A stretch of DNA of 64,000 bases, from the IMG/VR virus record IMGVR_UViG_3300004369_000003, positions 38,540-102,539 of that record; one strand, written 5' to 3'. Each line of letters starts with the position of its first letter. Position 1 is the first letter of the stretch. The stretch is from a virus. Below, piece by piece: positions 1 through 11,900 of the stretch. A program made the position numbers and the translations under genes. The notes below the pieces were generated by a model. The model ran no database searches and had not been told where the DNA came from. It worked only from the letters and a program-made list of their open reading frames with translations.

Positions 1-1
1 T

Positions 2-1510
2 ACAGGCTCAACTGGTGCGACAGGTGCTACAGGTCCTCAAGGAAACACTGGACCTACTGGACCTCAGGGTCTTTATGTTGAAGGTCCTACTGGACCTCAA
101 GGTCCCACGGGGGTTGCTGGACCTACAGGCGCAGAAGGCGACCGTGGCCCCACAGGTCCGATTGGTCCAATTGGCCCAACGGGTCCTTTAGGGCCAACTG
201 GTGCTGATGGTCTACTCGGTGCAACAGGTTCACCTGGCCCTACAGGTCCGACTGGACCTCGCGGTTTTCAAGGCGCAACTGGTGCTCAAGGAGCGACAGG
301 ACCGACTGGTGCTTCCGTAACTGGTGCTACAGGTTCAACAGGACCTACTGGTCCTTCAGGTGGACCGACTGGTGCAACAGGTCCAACTGGTCCGACTGGT
401 GCTACTGGTGCTCAGGGTGAGTTGGGTCTTCGTGGTTCTACTGGACCTACGGGTGCAACTGGAGCTGCTTCAACTGAGCCTGGTCCTACAGGTCCGACTG
501 GTGCGTCTATTACGGGTCCTCAGGGACCAACTGGTCCCCAAGGTCCTCAAGGTCCTACTGGTCCAGAAGTAACTGGTCCAACTGGTGCAACTGGTGAGCC
601 TGGAGTTGGTTATGACGGAATCACTAGCACAACAAACCTAATCATCGGTGCTGGTAACAAGACTTTTACCGTAAATAAGATTGGTGCTCTACAAGTCGGA
701 ACACGAATTCGTTTTTCTGCCGCCCTTCAACCTCAAGAGTTTGTTGAAGGTGTTGTAGCAGGAATTAACGGTCTACTTGTAACAATTACTTCTGATGTTT
801 TCAATGGAACTGGTAACACATACTCGTCATGGTATGTGAGCGTTGGTGGAGGCCCTGTTGGTCCTCAAGGACCTGTCGGTCCTCAGGGCACAGCCGTAAA
901 CCTCAAGGGTAGTGTTGCAAACTTTGCGGCTCTTCCTTCGTCAGGAAACGTAGTAAATGATGCTTACATTCTTTCTGACACAGGAAATCTTGCTGTATGG
1001 ACAGCTCAAAGCACTTGGGTTGACGTAGGAAGAATTGTTGGCCCGACAGGTGCAACTGGTTCAACTGGTCCGTCAGTTACAGGACCTACAGGTCCCGCTG
1101 GTCAAGACTCAACAGTCCCAGGACCAACAGGTCCAACTGGACCTTCGGTCACTGGTCCTACAGGGGCAATTGGTCCTACAGGCCCTGCTTACTACGAACT
1201 TGTTGGAAACCAATACCTGCAAAATGTTGTTCTTGTTGAGGAAGACGGTGCAAGTATTGTCAAAATCAACAGTTCAATTGCAACAACTGTAACTGTCCCA
1301 GCAGACGGAACAAATGGTTACACATTCCCAACTGGAACTCAGATTGTTCTAACTCAATTGGGTGTCGGTCAGGTCATTATTGAAGGTGACACGGGAGTAA
1401 CTGTTCTCAGCGAGGGAAGCAGATTCACTACCAAAGCACGGTATGCGGTCGCCTCTCTTATCAAGTTGTCTAGCAACTCCTGGCTTCTTAGCGGAAACTT
1501 AGTGGCCTAA
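2..1510 (+). CDS. Collagen-like (Gly-Pro-Thr) fibre protein, 5' partial
   Basis: The frame of ORF 422..1510 is open from nt 2 ([14 protein letters not shown]...). Long G-X-Y repeats and a C-terminal beta domain ending WLLSGNLVA, typical of phage fibre proteins. Confidence 0.85.
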   Translation, partial: TGSTGATGATGPQGNTGPTGPQGLYVEGPTGPQGPTGVAGPTGAEGDRGPTGPIGPIGPTGPLGPTGADGLLGATGSPGPTGPTGPRGFQGATGAQGATGPTGASVTGATGSTGPTGPSGGPTGATGPTGPTGATGAQGELGLRGSTGPTGATGAASTEPGPTGPTGASITGPQGPTGPQGPQGPTGPEVTGPTGATGEPGVGYDGITSTTNLIIGAGNKTFTVNKIGALQVGTRIRFSAALQPQEFVEGVVAGINGLLVTITSDVFNGTGNTYSSWYVSVGGGPVGPQGPVGPQGTAVNLKGSVANFAALPSSGNVVNDAYILSDTGNLAVWTAQSTWVDVGRIVGPTGATGSTGPSVTGPTGPAGQDSTVPGPTGPTGPSVTGPTGAIGPTGPAYYELVGNQYLQNVVLVEEDGASIVKINSSIATTVTVPADGTNGYTFPTGTQIVLTQLGVGQVIIEGDTGVTVLSEGSRFTTKARYAVASLIKLSSNSWLLSGNLVA

Positions 1511-1512
1511 AC

Positions 1513-2427
1513 ATGCTTATCTCTACTCATGCGATGCACGCAACACTCCCAACACCGTATGTAGCGGCTGGTTGGCAGCTTGTTGATGAGTCATCGTTTG
1601 GCACTACAAACATCAACACAATTACTTCAAATGACAGTGGTCTATATGTTGTTGCTGGAGGTTCTGGAAAACTGGCTACCTCAGTAGACGGTCTTTCTTG
1701 GGTTCAGAGAGAGTCAGGTTTCTCGACCAGTAATATTTATTCGTCTGCCTACGGAGATGGTCAGTTTATAGTTGGCGGTAGTTCTGGAAAATTAGCTACA
1801 TCTCCAGATGGAATTACTTGGACTCAACGGGCTTCAGGTTTTGGTGCGAGTGCCGTCTTAGGAATAACTTGGGCACCTTCTGCGTCTGCATGGGTTGCTG
1901 TGGGCGGTTCAGGAAAACTTGCCACATCAATTGATGGCGTTGAGTGGACTTTAAGAACTTCTTCTTTTGGAATTAGCTTTATCAACGATGTGTATGCAAC
2001 AGAAAATTTAATTATCGCTGTTGGGTATGACGGTAAACTTGCTACATCAACAAACAGCATTTCTTGGACTCAACGGGCTTCGTCTTTTGCTTTTGACACG
2101 ATAAACGGCATAGTGGCTAACCCGTCTAGAACTCAATACGTTGCTGTTGGAGATTCAGGAAAAATTGCCACATCTCCTAACGGAACTGTTTGGACTCAAG
2201 TTTTTCCATCTCCATCTTTTGGTTCTTCAAGGGTTGTTTCTGTTGCTTCTAACATTGACAGTTACGTTGCTGTAGGAACAACAGGGAAAGTTGCTACATC
2301 TGTAGGTGGTCTGAACTGGAAGCAAAGAGTTTCCAATTTTGGACTTGACAACATCAATGATGTTTTACTTGAAGAAAATTTTGCCCTAATTGTCGGTAAC
2401 TCTGGCAAGATTGCGTACTCGGTATAG
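1513..2427 (+). CDS. Beta-propeller repeat protein (BNR/YCF48-like), probable virion appendage
   Basis: About 7 repeats of VAVGxSGK(L/I)ATSxDGxxWxQRxSxFG. Confidence 0.75.
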   Translation: MLISTHAMHATLPTPYVAAGWQLVDESSFGTTNINTITSNDSGLYVVAGGSGKLATSVDGLSWVQRESGFSTSNIYSSAYGDGQFIVGGSSGKLATSPDGITWTQRASGFGASAVLGITWAPSASAWVAVGGSGKLATSIDGVEWTLRTSSFGISFINDVYATENLIIAVGYDGKLATSTNSISWTQRASSFAFDTINGIVANPSRTQYVAVGDSGKIATSPNGTVWTQVFPSPSFGSSRVVSVASNIDSYVAVGTTGKVATSVGGLNWKQRVSNFGLDNINDVLLEENFALIVGNSGKIAYSV

Positions 2428-2436
2428 GAGTTATGA

Positions 2437-2604
2437 ATGTTTAGTTACAGAATTATTCAAGAAGGACCTATGGTCCAGGTTCTATACGGAGACAACGTAA
2501 TTGATGAATGCGGTCCTTGGGAAAGCCTTACCGCAGCAATTAACTGGGCAGAAAGTTACATTGCATTTAAAAATTCTGGTCTGCCAGAGCCAAACATCGC
2601 GTAG
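2437..2604 (+). CDS. Small hypothetical protein (55 aa; not in ORF track)
   Basis: AGGAG RBS at 2426-2430, ATG at 2437, MFSYRIIQEGPMVQVLYGDNVIDECGPWESLTAAINWAESYIAFKNSGLPEPNIA, TAG at 2602-2604. Fills the intergenic gap. Confidence 0.75.
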   Translation: MFSYRIIQEGPMVQVLYGDNVIDECGPWESLTAAINWAESYIAFKNSGLPEPNIA

Positions 2605-2649
2605 TACAGCAAAGTACAATAACTATTAGAGGAAGAAAGGAGGCACACA

Positions 2650-3300
2650 GTGGCAGCAATTGATTTCCCCACACCCGTTGTGGTTGGTGAAGAGTTCACA
2701 GCTGGTAACAGCACTTGGGTGTGGACAGGCACTGTTTGGGAGCTCCTGCGTACCGCTCCTACTGGCCCCCAAGGTCCTCAAGGTATTCAGGGTCCTACAG
2801 GTCCGACTGGTGCGGTAGGTGACACTGGCCCGCAAGGTATCGTCGGTCCTACTGGTCCAGTTTCAGATGTTGCTGGCCCTCAGGGTCCTACTGGACCCAC
2901 AGGTCCACAAGGTCCTACAGGTCCACAAGGTCTTCAGGGTATTCAAGGTGAGCGTGGTAATACAGGACCTACTGGTGCTGACTCCAACGTCACTGGTCCT
3001 CAGGGTCCTACTGGACCTCGTGGTCAAACTGGTCCTACTGGTTCAACTGGTCCTCAGTCTGAGGTTCCTGGACCAACAGGACCTACGGGTCCTGCAGGTA
3101 AATTCGTAGCTAGCCCAAATCAGCCAGACCCCACATTTGCCACAGACGGGGACACTTGGTTTGACACAGGAACAGGAACAACATACGTTTTCTATAACGG
3201 AGTTTTTGTTCGCACTCAGGGCGGTCAAACTGGTCCTACTGGTCCCAGAGGTCTACAGAGTTCTTTTGCAGTCTCTGCCTCATGGTGGTTAGGTGTCTAA
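2650..3300 (+). CDS. Collagen-like fibre protein
   Basis: Strong RBS (GAAAGGAGG), N-terminal IDFPxxxxxGxxFxxGxxTWxWxGxxW motif, GPT/GPQ repeats. Confidence 0.85.
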   Translation: MAAIDFPTPVVVGEEFTAGNSTWVWTGTVWELLRTAPTGPQGPQGIQGPTGPTGAVGDTGPQGIVGPTGPVSDVAGPQGPTGPTGPQGPTGPQGLQGIQGERGNTGPTGADSNVTGPQGPTGPRGQTGPTGSTGPQSEVPGPTGPTGPAGKFVASPNQPDPTFATDGDTWFDTGTGTTYVFYNGVFVRTQGGQTGPTGPRGLQSSFAVSASWWLGV

Positions 3301-3393
3301 TATGCAAAACTTTGAAATTTCGTCCGAATCACACAGTCACGCTGGTGTTATCCTACTAGTTGGGCTGTCTTGTGGTGAAAGAGGTAATGAATA

Positions 3394-5874
3394 ATGCCTG
3401 GTTTTCTTGGCGGTAGTTCTGGCGGTACTGGTGGTACTGGCGGAGAAATCTCCTTTCCTAAAGAATTTATTGACCCAGTAACTAAACTTCGGGTTTCCAC
3501 GCCCGAAAACCTCATTGACACCGACTTTGAGTACGGTCTCCAGCCCACCAAGTGGGAAACAGTTGAACTAATCAACAACACCCCTTCGTTTTTCTCAAAA
3601 TCGGGTGACACAACCATCCCCAACATCACCTCAATCAACACGATTCAGGGTTCTCGGGAAATTACCGTTTCTACAAAACTAGACCACGGTCTATCTGTTG
3701 GTATCCCTATCAACGTAAACGGTACAAAGTCTTTGACCGCAGACGGTGCCTACATTATTAACTCAGTTCCAACAGCCAGGACATTTACATATCTAGCCAA
3801 AGAGAATCAGTTTTTAACAGCATCTATCGAGGACCTCTACACCTCTATCGTTACTGGTGAGTTCTTTCAAGGCTCTCAGATTCGGATTGCAGACTCTCAC
3901 GGTCTGGTAACCGATGGTCAAACCCCGTCAACTCTAACTGTTACTACAGATAGTCCTCACGGGTTTGGTCCAAACACTCCTTTCTACTTCCTAAATTTGA
4001 ACTCCACAATTTCTCAGGAGTTTGATTCAACTAACACCGAAGCCCAGACATTTGATTCAAGCAACAACTCAACTGCTAGAACTTTTGACTCTTCTAACTC
4101 AGATGTTTCGGTCAACTATGACTTCTCCAATCAAGCAGCAAGCCTGCCCTCTTCTGCGGTAGGTAGCCCTATCGCTGGGGTAAGTATTGAGAGTGACACC
4201 ATTACGGTTGGTCATACAGCAGAAAACTTTGACGGTCTTCCCGTTGGAACTCCTCTGTATTACAACGTAGTTGCTTCTACTGGTTATTTTTCAACAAGCC
4301 CTCGTGGCGTTGTCTACCTCAAAACAACAAACTCTCTTGGACCATCTCTTTCCACATTCCAAGTAAGCGCTATCCCCAACGGGACACCTATTGATATCAC
4401 CTCTCAGATGACTGGAACCTTCCAGAAAGCTGACTTGGTGGCGTTTTTTGCTGGCAACAACGAAGACCCAGAAAACCAAATTTCTGTAAATATTTTCAGA
4501 AGTAGCGCTTATGAATTTGACGGTGACAACTCAGAAGGCTCTACATACAACATCAACAGCATTACTGGTCTTGGGAATATTGCTCTAAATGGGGACAGTA
4601 ACTGGGCCGCTGGTCAGATGGTTTTCTACAGCACCACTGGAGCCCCCGCTACTGGTCTCACCAACAACACCACATACTGGGTGACAGCAACAAACCCATC
4701 TGCAAGCGTTATTAACATTTCTTCTGAGCCAGGTGGAGCAACTCTTACAGCAATTTCTGGTGGAACTGGAACTCAAACACTTCAGGCCATTTCTGTTTCT
4801 GTTGACAGAAACATTCTTGCAGTTCCAGGCCACGACTTCCAGGAAGCTGACATGGTGAAGTACAGCTATCCAGAAGGTGCTGCTTTTACAACCTCAGAGA
4901 CTGCCCAAGATTATTACTACATTCAAGATGTATACCCAGACGGAACACACATCCGTTTGACAACTCAAAAAGGATTTGTCTACGACGGAAGCACGGAGGC
5001 CCGCGCAGCAGCAAGTGCTGCCGACATCCTTGCAGCCAATCCAAGTGCCCCAGACGGAGCTTACTGGATTAAGCCAGAAGGTTCAAGCACAGCACATCTC
5101 ACCTACTGCCTTAACTCAGTTGAGGGTGGCGGTTGGACTCAGATGATGAAAATTTCCACCAATACTCTTCTCAATCCGTACAACGGTCGAATTGGTGGTT
5201 GGCCTAACACCAACATTTCATACCGATTCGGAGCAGTATGGGATGGCTGGGCATGGAACAGCGATAGCGCTTGGGACCCCCACACTGGAACGCTTCCCGA
5301 CTCAGCTAATGAAGATTTCAGTGACATTGATTCCTTCTCCAAGCTGTTCCACAAGATGCCATTCAATGATGTGATGATTGTGTCAATTGGTGACACTTCT
5401 AAGCGTCTTGGGTGGAGGCACAACGCTCAAATCGCAAACATGCGGGCTGTTACTGGTGGAACAAACCTGACCACCTACGGCGACCAATGGCTATTCCCTG
5501 CGGTAAACCAACTTGAATACGCATGGCATCGTCAGCTTCTGGCTTACGCAGGTAACTACAACTACCAGACCCAGACACCAACAGTCTTCGGATTCAAGAT
5601 TCTGTCTGACCGAGCCAACAACTACGGCTCAATCAACAGTTATATCACTGGCGGTTATAGCACTTTTACTTCCGCAAACGTCACTGGTCACGGTGTCGCC
5701 ATGATTGGTACGGGTGGTACAGGAGCTAGCGGTGGTCGTTGGGGTGGCGGTATCGGCTTCAACTACACCGCCAACTATGACTTCAAAGTTGGAAGCCACT
5801 TCTATAACTACGGATTTGGCACCAACATCACTAACTACCGACTCCTATACGGAATCGCCGTATTCGTAAGGTAG
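3394..5874 (+). CDS. Virion structural protein with HG(F/L)xxG beta modules and C-terminal fibrinogen-like domain
   Basis: N-terminal DPVTKLRVSTPENLIDTDFEYGLQPTKWE. C-terminal SAADILAANPSAPDGAYWIKP...YCLNSVEGGGWT matches the fibrinogen-C/COLFI N-terminal signature. Confidence 0.7.
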   Translation: MPGFLGGSSGGTGGTGGEISFPKEFIDPVTKLRVSTPENLIDTDFEYGLQPTKWETVELINNTPSFFSKSGDTTIPNITSINTIQGSREITVSTKLDHGLSVGIPINVNGTKSLTADGAYIINSVPTARTFTYLAKENQFLTASIEDLYTSIVTGEFFQGSQIRIADSHGLVTDGQTPSTLTVTTDSPHGFGPNTPFYFLNLNSTISQEFDSTNTEAQTFDSSNNSTARTFDSSNSDVSVNYDFSNQAASLPSSAVGSPIAGVSIESDTITVGHTAENFDGLPVGTPLYYNVVASTGYFSTSPRGVVYLKTTNSLGPSLSTFQVSAIPNGTPIDITSQMTGTFQKADLVAFFAGNNEDPENQISVNIFRSSAYEFDGDNSEGSTYNINSITGLGNIALNGDSNWAAGQMVFYSTTGAPATGLTNNTTYWVTATNPSASVINISSEPGGATLTAISGGTGTQTLQAISVSVDRNILAVPGHDFQEADMVKYSYPEGAAFTTSETAQDYYYIQDVYPDGTHIRLTTQKGFVYDGSTEARAAASAADILAANPSAPDGAYWIKPEGSSTAHLTYCLNSVEGGGWTQMMKISTNTLLNPYNGRIGGWPNTNISYRFGAVWDGWAWNSDSAWDPHTGTLPDSANEDFSDIDSFSKLFHKMPFNDVMIVSIGDTSKRLGWRHNAQIANMRAVTGGTNLTTYGDQWLFPAVNQLEYAWHRQLLAYAGNYNYQTQTPTVFGFKILSDRANNYGSINSYITGGYSTFTSANVTGHGVAMIGTGGTGASGGRWGGGIGFNYTANYDFKVGSHFYNYGFGTNITNYRLLYGIAVFVR

Positions 5875-5883
5875 TCGCAGATG

Positions 5884-5889
5884 TATAAT
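5884..5889 (+). promoter_or_regulatory. Putative -10 element (TATAAT) upstream of the 2876-aa gene; RBS TAAGGAG follows
   Basis: Perfect TATAAT in the 48-nt intergenic gap. Confidence 0.5.
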
Positions 5890-5922
5890 AACGAGAGAAC
5901 CAACCTAAGGAGTCGCTAGCAA

Positions 5923-8900
5923 ATGGCAGTGCTCGACATCACCGCTGTAGGCGGCGCAGGAACACACACGCTCCAGAAGACAAACGTCAACCTGGATGAA
6001 GATTTTGTGTACTTCCCTGGTCGCGATGCTTCAACGACCCTATCTTCAGAAGTAACTGATGACAGCGCCTGGGTTTTCCGTGAAGGAACTGGTGACCTAG
6101 TAGGTGCGACCAGCAACACCGTCTACTTTGTCAACTCTGATGGTTTCTCCGTCGGTCTATCCACCACCTCGGGTGGAAGCAATATTGACCTTACAAACTT
6201 TGCTCCTGGCTCTATCACTCTCAACTTCCCGTTTGTTTACAACAACAACTTCAACATTTCTTCAGTCAAGTTTGATGACCTTCAGGCTGTCAAGTACCTA
6301 ACAGACGATGCAGCTATCACTGGCCTCACTTCTGGAAGTGTTTACTACGTCAAAAACCTTCTTGAGGGTCTTGGCGGAAACTCTCTATACACCTTTACCA
6401 CGCATGACTTCACCACAGGTGGCTCAACAGGTCGTTACGGCCCAACAATCACGCAACTTCGGGACGAATACGTCGCTGGAGGAGCCGCTTGGGCGTCAAC
6501 CTATCTCAATCAAGGTGACTTCCAGGGCTACCAAGACTGGACAGTTCCAACTGATGGGCTTTATGAGTTCACAGTAAAAGGCGCTTCTGGTCGCCAAGGA
6601 AGTTCACTTGCTGGTCAGGGAGCTGCAATTCGCGCTAGGGTTCGCCTAAATAAGGGCGAAACTATCACGTTCCTTATCGGTCAAAGAGGTGAACTTCCAC
6701 CAAATAACACCTCATGGCCTGGTTCTTCTGGTGGAACATTTGTTGTTCGTAAGTCTGGAAATGTTCCTCTCTTCGTTGCTGGTGGTGGTTCTTCATCATC
6801 TGCAGCAACCTCCTCTCGCGGAGACACTCGCGGTAACGGTGAGCTAACCAACCGTGGTGGTACTTCGCAGAACGGCTACGGCGGAGGCGTTGACGGATTT
6901 GGTGCTGGTGGAATTTCCACTGGTGGAGCTGGCGGTGGTTTCTACTCAAATGGTGGAAACTCCGAGCGTGGTGGCGGTGGGCAAGCCTTCATCAACGGCG
7001 GTATTGGTGGCTACCCAGCTGGTGGCTCGTCTGGTGCTGGTGGTTTCGGTGGTGGCGGTGGAGCCGACGGTGAGACCTGGGGTGGTCCTGGCGGTGCTGG
7101 TGGCTACTCAGGTGGTGCTACAAACAACCGTTCTGGCTCTCGTTGGTGCGGTGGTGGCGGTTCCTGGATTATTTCTACCGCTACAGATGTCTTTACATCC
7201 GAGGGAACATACAATGGTTCAACTCAACTTGTTGGTCGAAACATTGGAACAATTGACTGGACCGAGCCAAATGTTGACGGTTCTGTAACTGTCACCCTTG
7301 TTGAGAGTTCTGTCTTCGGTTTCAACCTACACACAACTCCTGCTGACGCACTCAGTGATACAGACCCAATTGCTGTTGCTCCTTCTGGAAGTTCTTATCA
7401 CGCACTTGTTCCTCTTACAGTAGATGTTGATACGGACATCATCCATTTCAAGACTCCGCACGGGTTCTTTGATGGCAAAGCAGTCAACTACTTCTTCACA
7501 GGAACACCTGTATCAACACTTAACGGCACTTCTGTTTACTACATTGATGCTCTTGACGATTACACATTCCGTCTAAGCACCACCCCAGACCCGAATTTTA
7601 CAAATATCAACCTGACTGCTCCTTCAGCTGCAACGTCTGAAGGTTTCCGAAATGTCATTGTAAACCTAGATACCAACGCAATTACGATTCCTAATCACGG
7701 ATTTCTTGCCAATCAGCCAGTTAGATATCGAACAGGTGAGAATTCACCGATTACACCACTACAGAACAACGCAACCTACTACATCAAGGAAGTTATTGAT
7801 GCCAACAGGTTCACTCTAAGTCAGTCTCTTAATGGGCCAGCCCTTGACTTGACAGAACTAGGAGTCGGTGAGCACAGTTTTATCTTTATCGTCGTTAACG
7901 ACCTTGAAGACAGCATCTACATTCCTAGCCACGGTTTTGTAACTGGTCAAACTATTCAGTACGCCAAATCCCGAGACTTTGCAATCAAGCGTCTCTACTC
8001 TAGTGGTGTCTACAAGTATGTGGACACTGATGTCAACGGTGGGTTTGATGCAAACCAGTTCGTTCTTTTTGACAACGTTCAGCGTCCTGCAAGAACAGCG
8101 GCTTTCCCGACTCTAGGTATTACTAGTTACCGAAGCTCTGGAACAACTCGTTACATCACAACTGATGCAAACCACAACTACTCGACAAACATGTTTGTCA
8201 AAATTAGTGGTCTGCCTTCAGACACCGTTGCTAATGACCGTCGCTGGAATGGTTTCTGGAGAATTACTGGTATTCAGTCTGGAAACGAATTCTCATTTAC
8301 GGCTGAAGAAAGTTTTAACCAAAGCCCAACTAATGCACCAGAAGGTGCTCAAGTTGAGCGCGACCTAGATTACGAGTTCTTCCTCGGTGAGCGCAAACTT
8401 CGTATTCGAGCAATTCAGTCTTCAAGTCGTACCCGCTACATCTACTGCGACCGTCCTCACTACCACGACAATGGCTACCTCGTAAAGATTGAGGGTATTC
8501 CAGAGCCATACGCACGTTACTTCAACGGAGAGTGGTTTAAGACCGCAGACTGGGCTGGAAACGGTGGCTCAGGTGAGTATGGTTTCTACTGGAACGATGC
8601 GTCTGAAAGTGGCGACACAGAGGTAGACGAGTATTACACACTCCCTTACACGGACATCTGGGAGTTTGAGGCTACCGTTGTTGGCTTCGCTCGAATTGAC
8701 AACATTGAAACTGGTATCAACGGTGGTGGTACTCGTCTTCGTTACCGCAACAACTATGCCTCCCTCACTCAAAGCGAAGAACTTGATGTAAGTGGTTTCG
8801 TCTCCAAGCGAAGCATGTACATCCAGAACCGCAGACTTGACAAGCGAACTCGCGTATACCTAGACCTTGACGTTGCACATGACCGTCAGGTCGGTGACCG

Positions 8901-11900
8901 AATCACTGTTGGAAGCATGGAAGACCGCTTCCGCTATGTCTTCAACAAGGAGTTCCGCGTCAATCAAGTTATTGGTGCTGACACTCTGTACTGCCAACTT
9001 GATGAGCCAGACACGAAAGAAATTGAAAGCATTCGTTTCTTTGGCGCAAACGACATGTTCATCAACTTCACAGAACCTCACGGTTGGAGTGATGGTGGTG
9101 ATGCTTGGTTTGAGGTCCGCGACCTTCCTGGCGCACCTGACCGACTCTTTTCTGGCGAATGCAACATTGTAAACCGCTACAGCACGGGAACTCGTCGTTA
9201 TATTACGACAGACAATCCGCACAGGCTTGCTGCTGGTTATAGGGTTCGCGTTTATGAGTTTGACGATGGTGACGACAACAACACCTCCGAGTTCGTTGGA
9301 GACTGGGTTGTTGCTGGCATCAACAATGCAACTACTTTCTACTACGACGTAGACACTGGAACAAACCTAACTCTAACCACAGAGAACCCAGGGGTTGTGT
9401 CTGGTCGTATGCGTCGCGCTTACTTCCTTGACACTGTTTATGGTGTCGGAATTGCATGGCGTCGCCGTGATGGAAATGTTGTCACGATGTATCTTGATAG
9501 CAACCACGATATGGTTCCTGGCGAGAAGGTTCGTATCACTCGTCTGTCAGGAAGTCAGCCAGAAGAGTTTCAAGGCTTCTTCACAATTACTGGAACTCCT
9601 GACAACCGTCAGATTCAGTATGTAACCGACAACAGTTTCTCTATTGCACAACAAAACATTGACGGTTACGTCTACGCTAGCCACCAGATTCGTGCATATG
9701 ACGAGCCTTTCTACGACTTTGCTATTGCTGGTCGTGAGCTTCTTTCGCACAACCTTGGTCAAATTACCACTCAGTATGAGCACGGATTTGATGAAGGTAT
9801 GCAAGTTGTTCTCAGCAGCCTGACAGGCAACAACACTGGCGTGTTCAACGGAACATGGACAGTAGTTGAGTCTGTAAGTCCGACCCAGTTCACCTTTACA
9901 AGAACGTCTCAAGCGAACGTCACGACCTTTACGGTTACGAACCGAAGCAGGACTTCTTTCCTCTGCGACGTAACCCTAAACACAACTCACAACTTCCGAG
10001 CTGGCGACTCCGTAACTATCTCAAACATGAGTGGTACAAATATTGAGTCGTTCCAAGGAACACATATCATTACCTCCGTACCAGCAGCCAACAGAATTCA
10101 ATTTGTTGACCCGAACAATGATTCTGGAACAATCTCTGCTGCTTCTGTTAGCGGTACCTGTGTTCTTGAAGCTGTTCCATTCGCAGCGTCTACTGGAAAC
10201 ATTCGACTTAACGCATACACATCTGGAACAGACATTGGTGGTGTTGTTGACCTAGTTGAAACCTCAAACGAGGGCTTCAACGGATTTATGAACGTTGATA
10301 CGTCAATTCTTGGTCTTAAGAACCGCGACACCTACTTTATTCAGAAAGTTGATGACAACACAATTCGTCTTTCTGAAGACTCTGCCTTTACAGAAATTGC
10401 AGACATCCAAGGTGTTGGTGTGGGTAACCACTCTATTATTAACAAGTCTGTTGATTACATTCTTGACACCATCACAATTCCTAATCACGGCTTCTCTCTA
10501 GCAGAGTTGGTTGAATACGACACTGGTGGAGGAACCGCGCTAGGTGGTCTAACTACGGCAACTCCGTACTATGTAATTCCAGTTGACGGAAACACTCTGC
10601 AGTTGGCTACTTCTGCAAACAATGCAAATAATGGTGTTGCTATTGACCTTCTAGACAATGTGACACCGACTGGTCGTCATACTCTGAAGTCTCTCATCAG
10701 AACCCCAGATGGAACTTACGCAATTAGCGATGTTCCAAGCGCCACGACGTTTGAGGTAATTGCAAACGGTTCTGTCCCATTCATTGAGAAGTCTTTTGAC
10801 CCTCAATTCACTGTTGACCTTGACCTAAACGTCATTAAGGTTCCATCTCACGGTTTCTTGACTGGAACAAAGGTTACATACGGAGACGGAGGCGGAACTG
10901 CTCTAGGTGGTCTAACAGATGGAACCATTTACTATGCAATTGCCATTAACAAGGACTATTTGAAACTTGCTGTAAGCGCTGAAGCAGCTGCTTCTGGTCA
11001 ACCTCTTACCATCACCACTACTGGTGCAGGAAGCGGTCACACCTTTACATCTTCCCAAATTAACGGTCAGATTACTGGTTCAGGTACGGTTTCAACAGAA
11101 GTTGACTCGGTACTTGTAAATGGTAGCGGTACAACCTTCTCCAAGATTCTCAAGGTTGGCGACTACTTCAGACTCTTCCCCGCTGATGCACACGAGAAGT
11201 ACTACTTTGAGGCTTCAGATGTTGACTCCGCGACTACTGACCAAATTCTTGTGGCAAACCACAACTACACCACGGGCGAGTCAGTTCTATTCAACGCTGG
11301 TTCTGGTGGTCGTCGGGTTGGAATTGCAAGAATTCAGAGCTCTGGAACAACTCGCTACATCTATACCAGTGAAAACCATGGCTACCAAAACGGTGATACG
11401 GTTACCGTCTCTGGTCTAAGTAGTGATTCTGCTTCTGACTTTGAGGGAACATACGTCATCAACTTTGTGTCGGCTCAAGAGTTCCGCTACATAGGAGTTG
11501 AGAGTTTCACTCTTGGTGTAGAGAATCAAGCCTGGGGAGCAACGGCTTTTACCAATGGTCCTGCAGGTGTGGCTCCTGCTCCACTTGTCAACGACAAGTA
11601 CTACTACGTCAGGAGAATTGACGACTCAACTGTTCGCAACATCTCTTCTCGTTATCGCACAAGCAACGTGGTTCGCATTACAACTTCAGCAAGCCACGGC
11701 CTACAGCCAGGAAACGTTGTAACTATTGAAAACATTACTGGCGTAAACCCAGAGGTGTTTAATGGAACGCACACAATTATTGCCGTTCCTTCAGCCACGA
11801 CTTTTGAGTTCAACTCAGTAGGAACAAACATTGGTAGTGCAAGTGCTAGTGGAACCATTACCACAACAAGTAGCAACCTTGTAACTCTTCACCCAACCAA

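Noticed and set aside
1-620. Dense short tandem-like repeats (ggtccaact/ggacctaca) resembling a repeat array or CRISPR
   Set aside because: 9-nt periodicity with synonymous variation is explained by Gly-Pro-Thr collagen codons; there are no unique spacers
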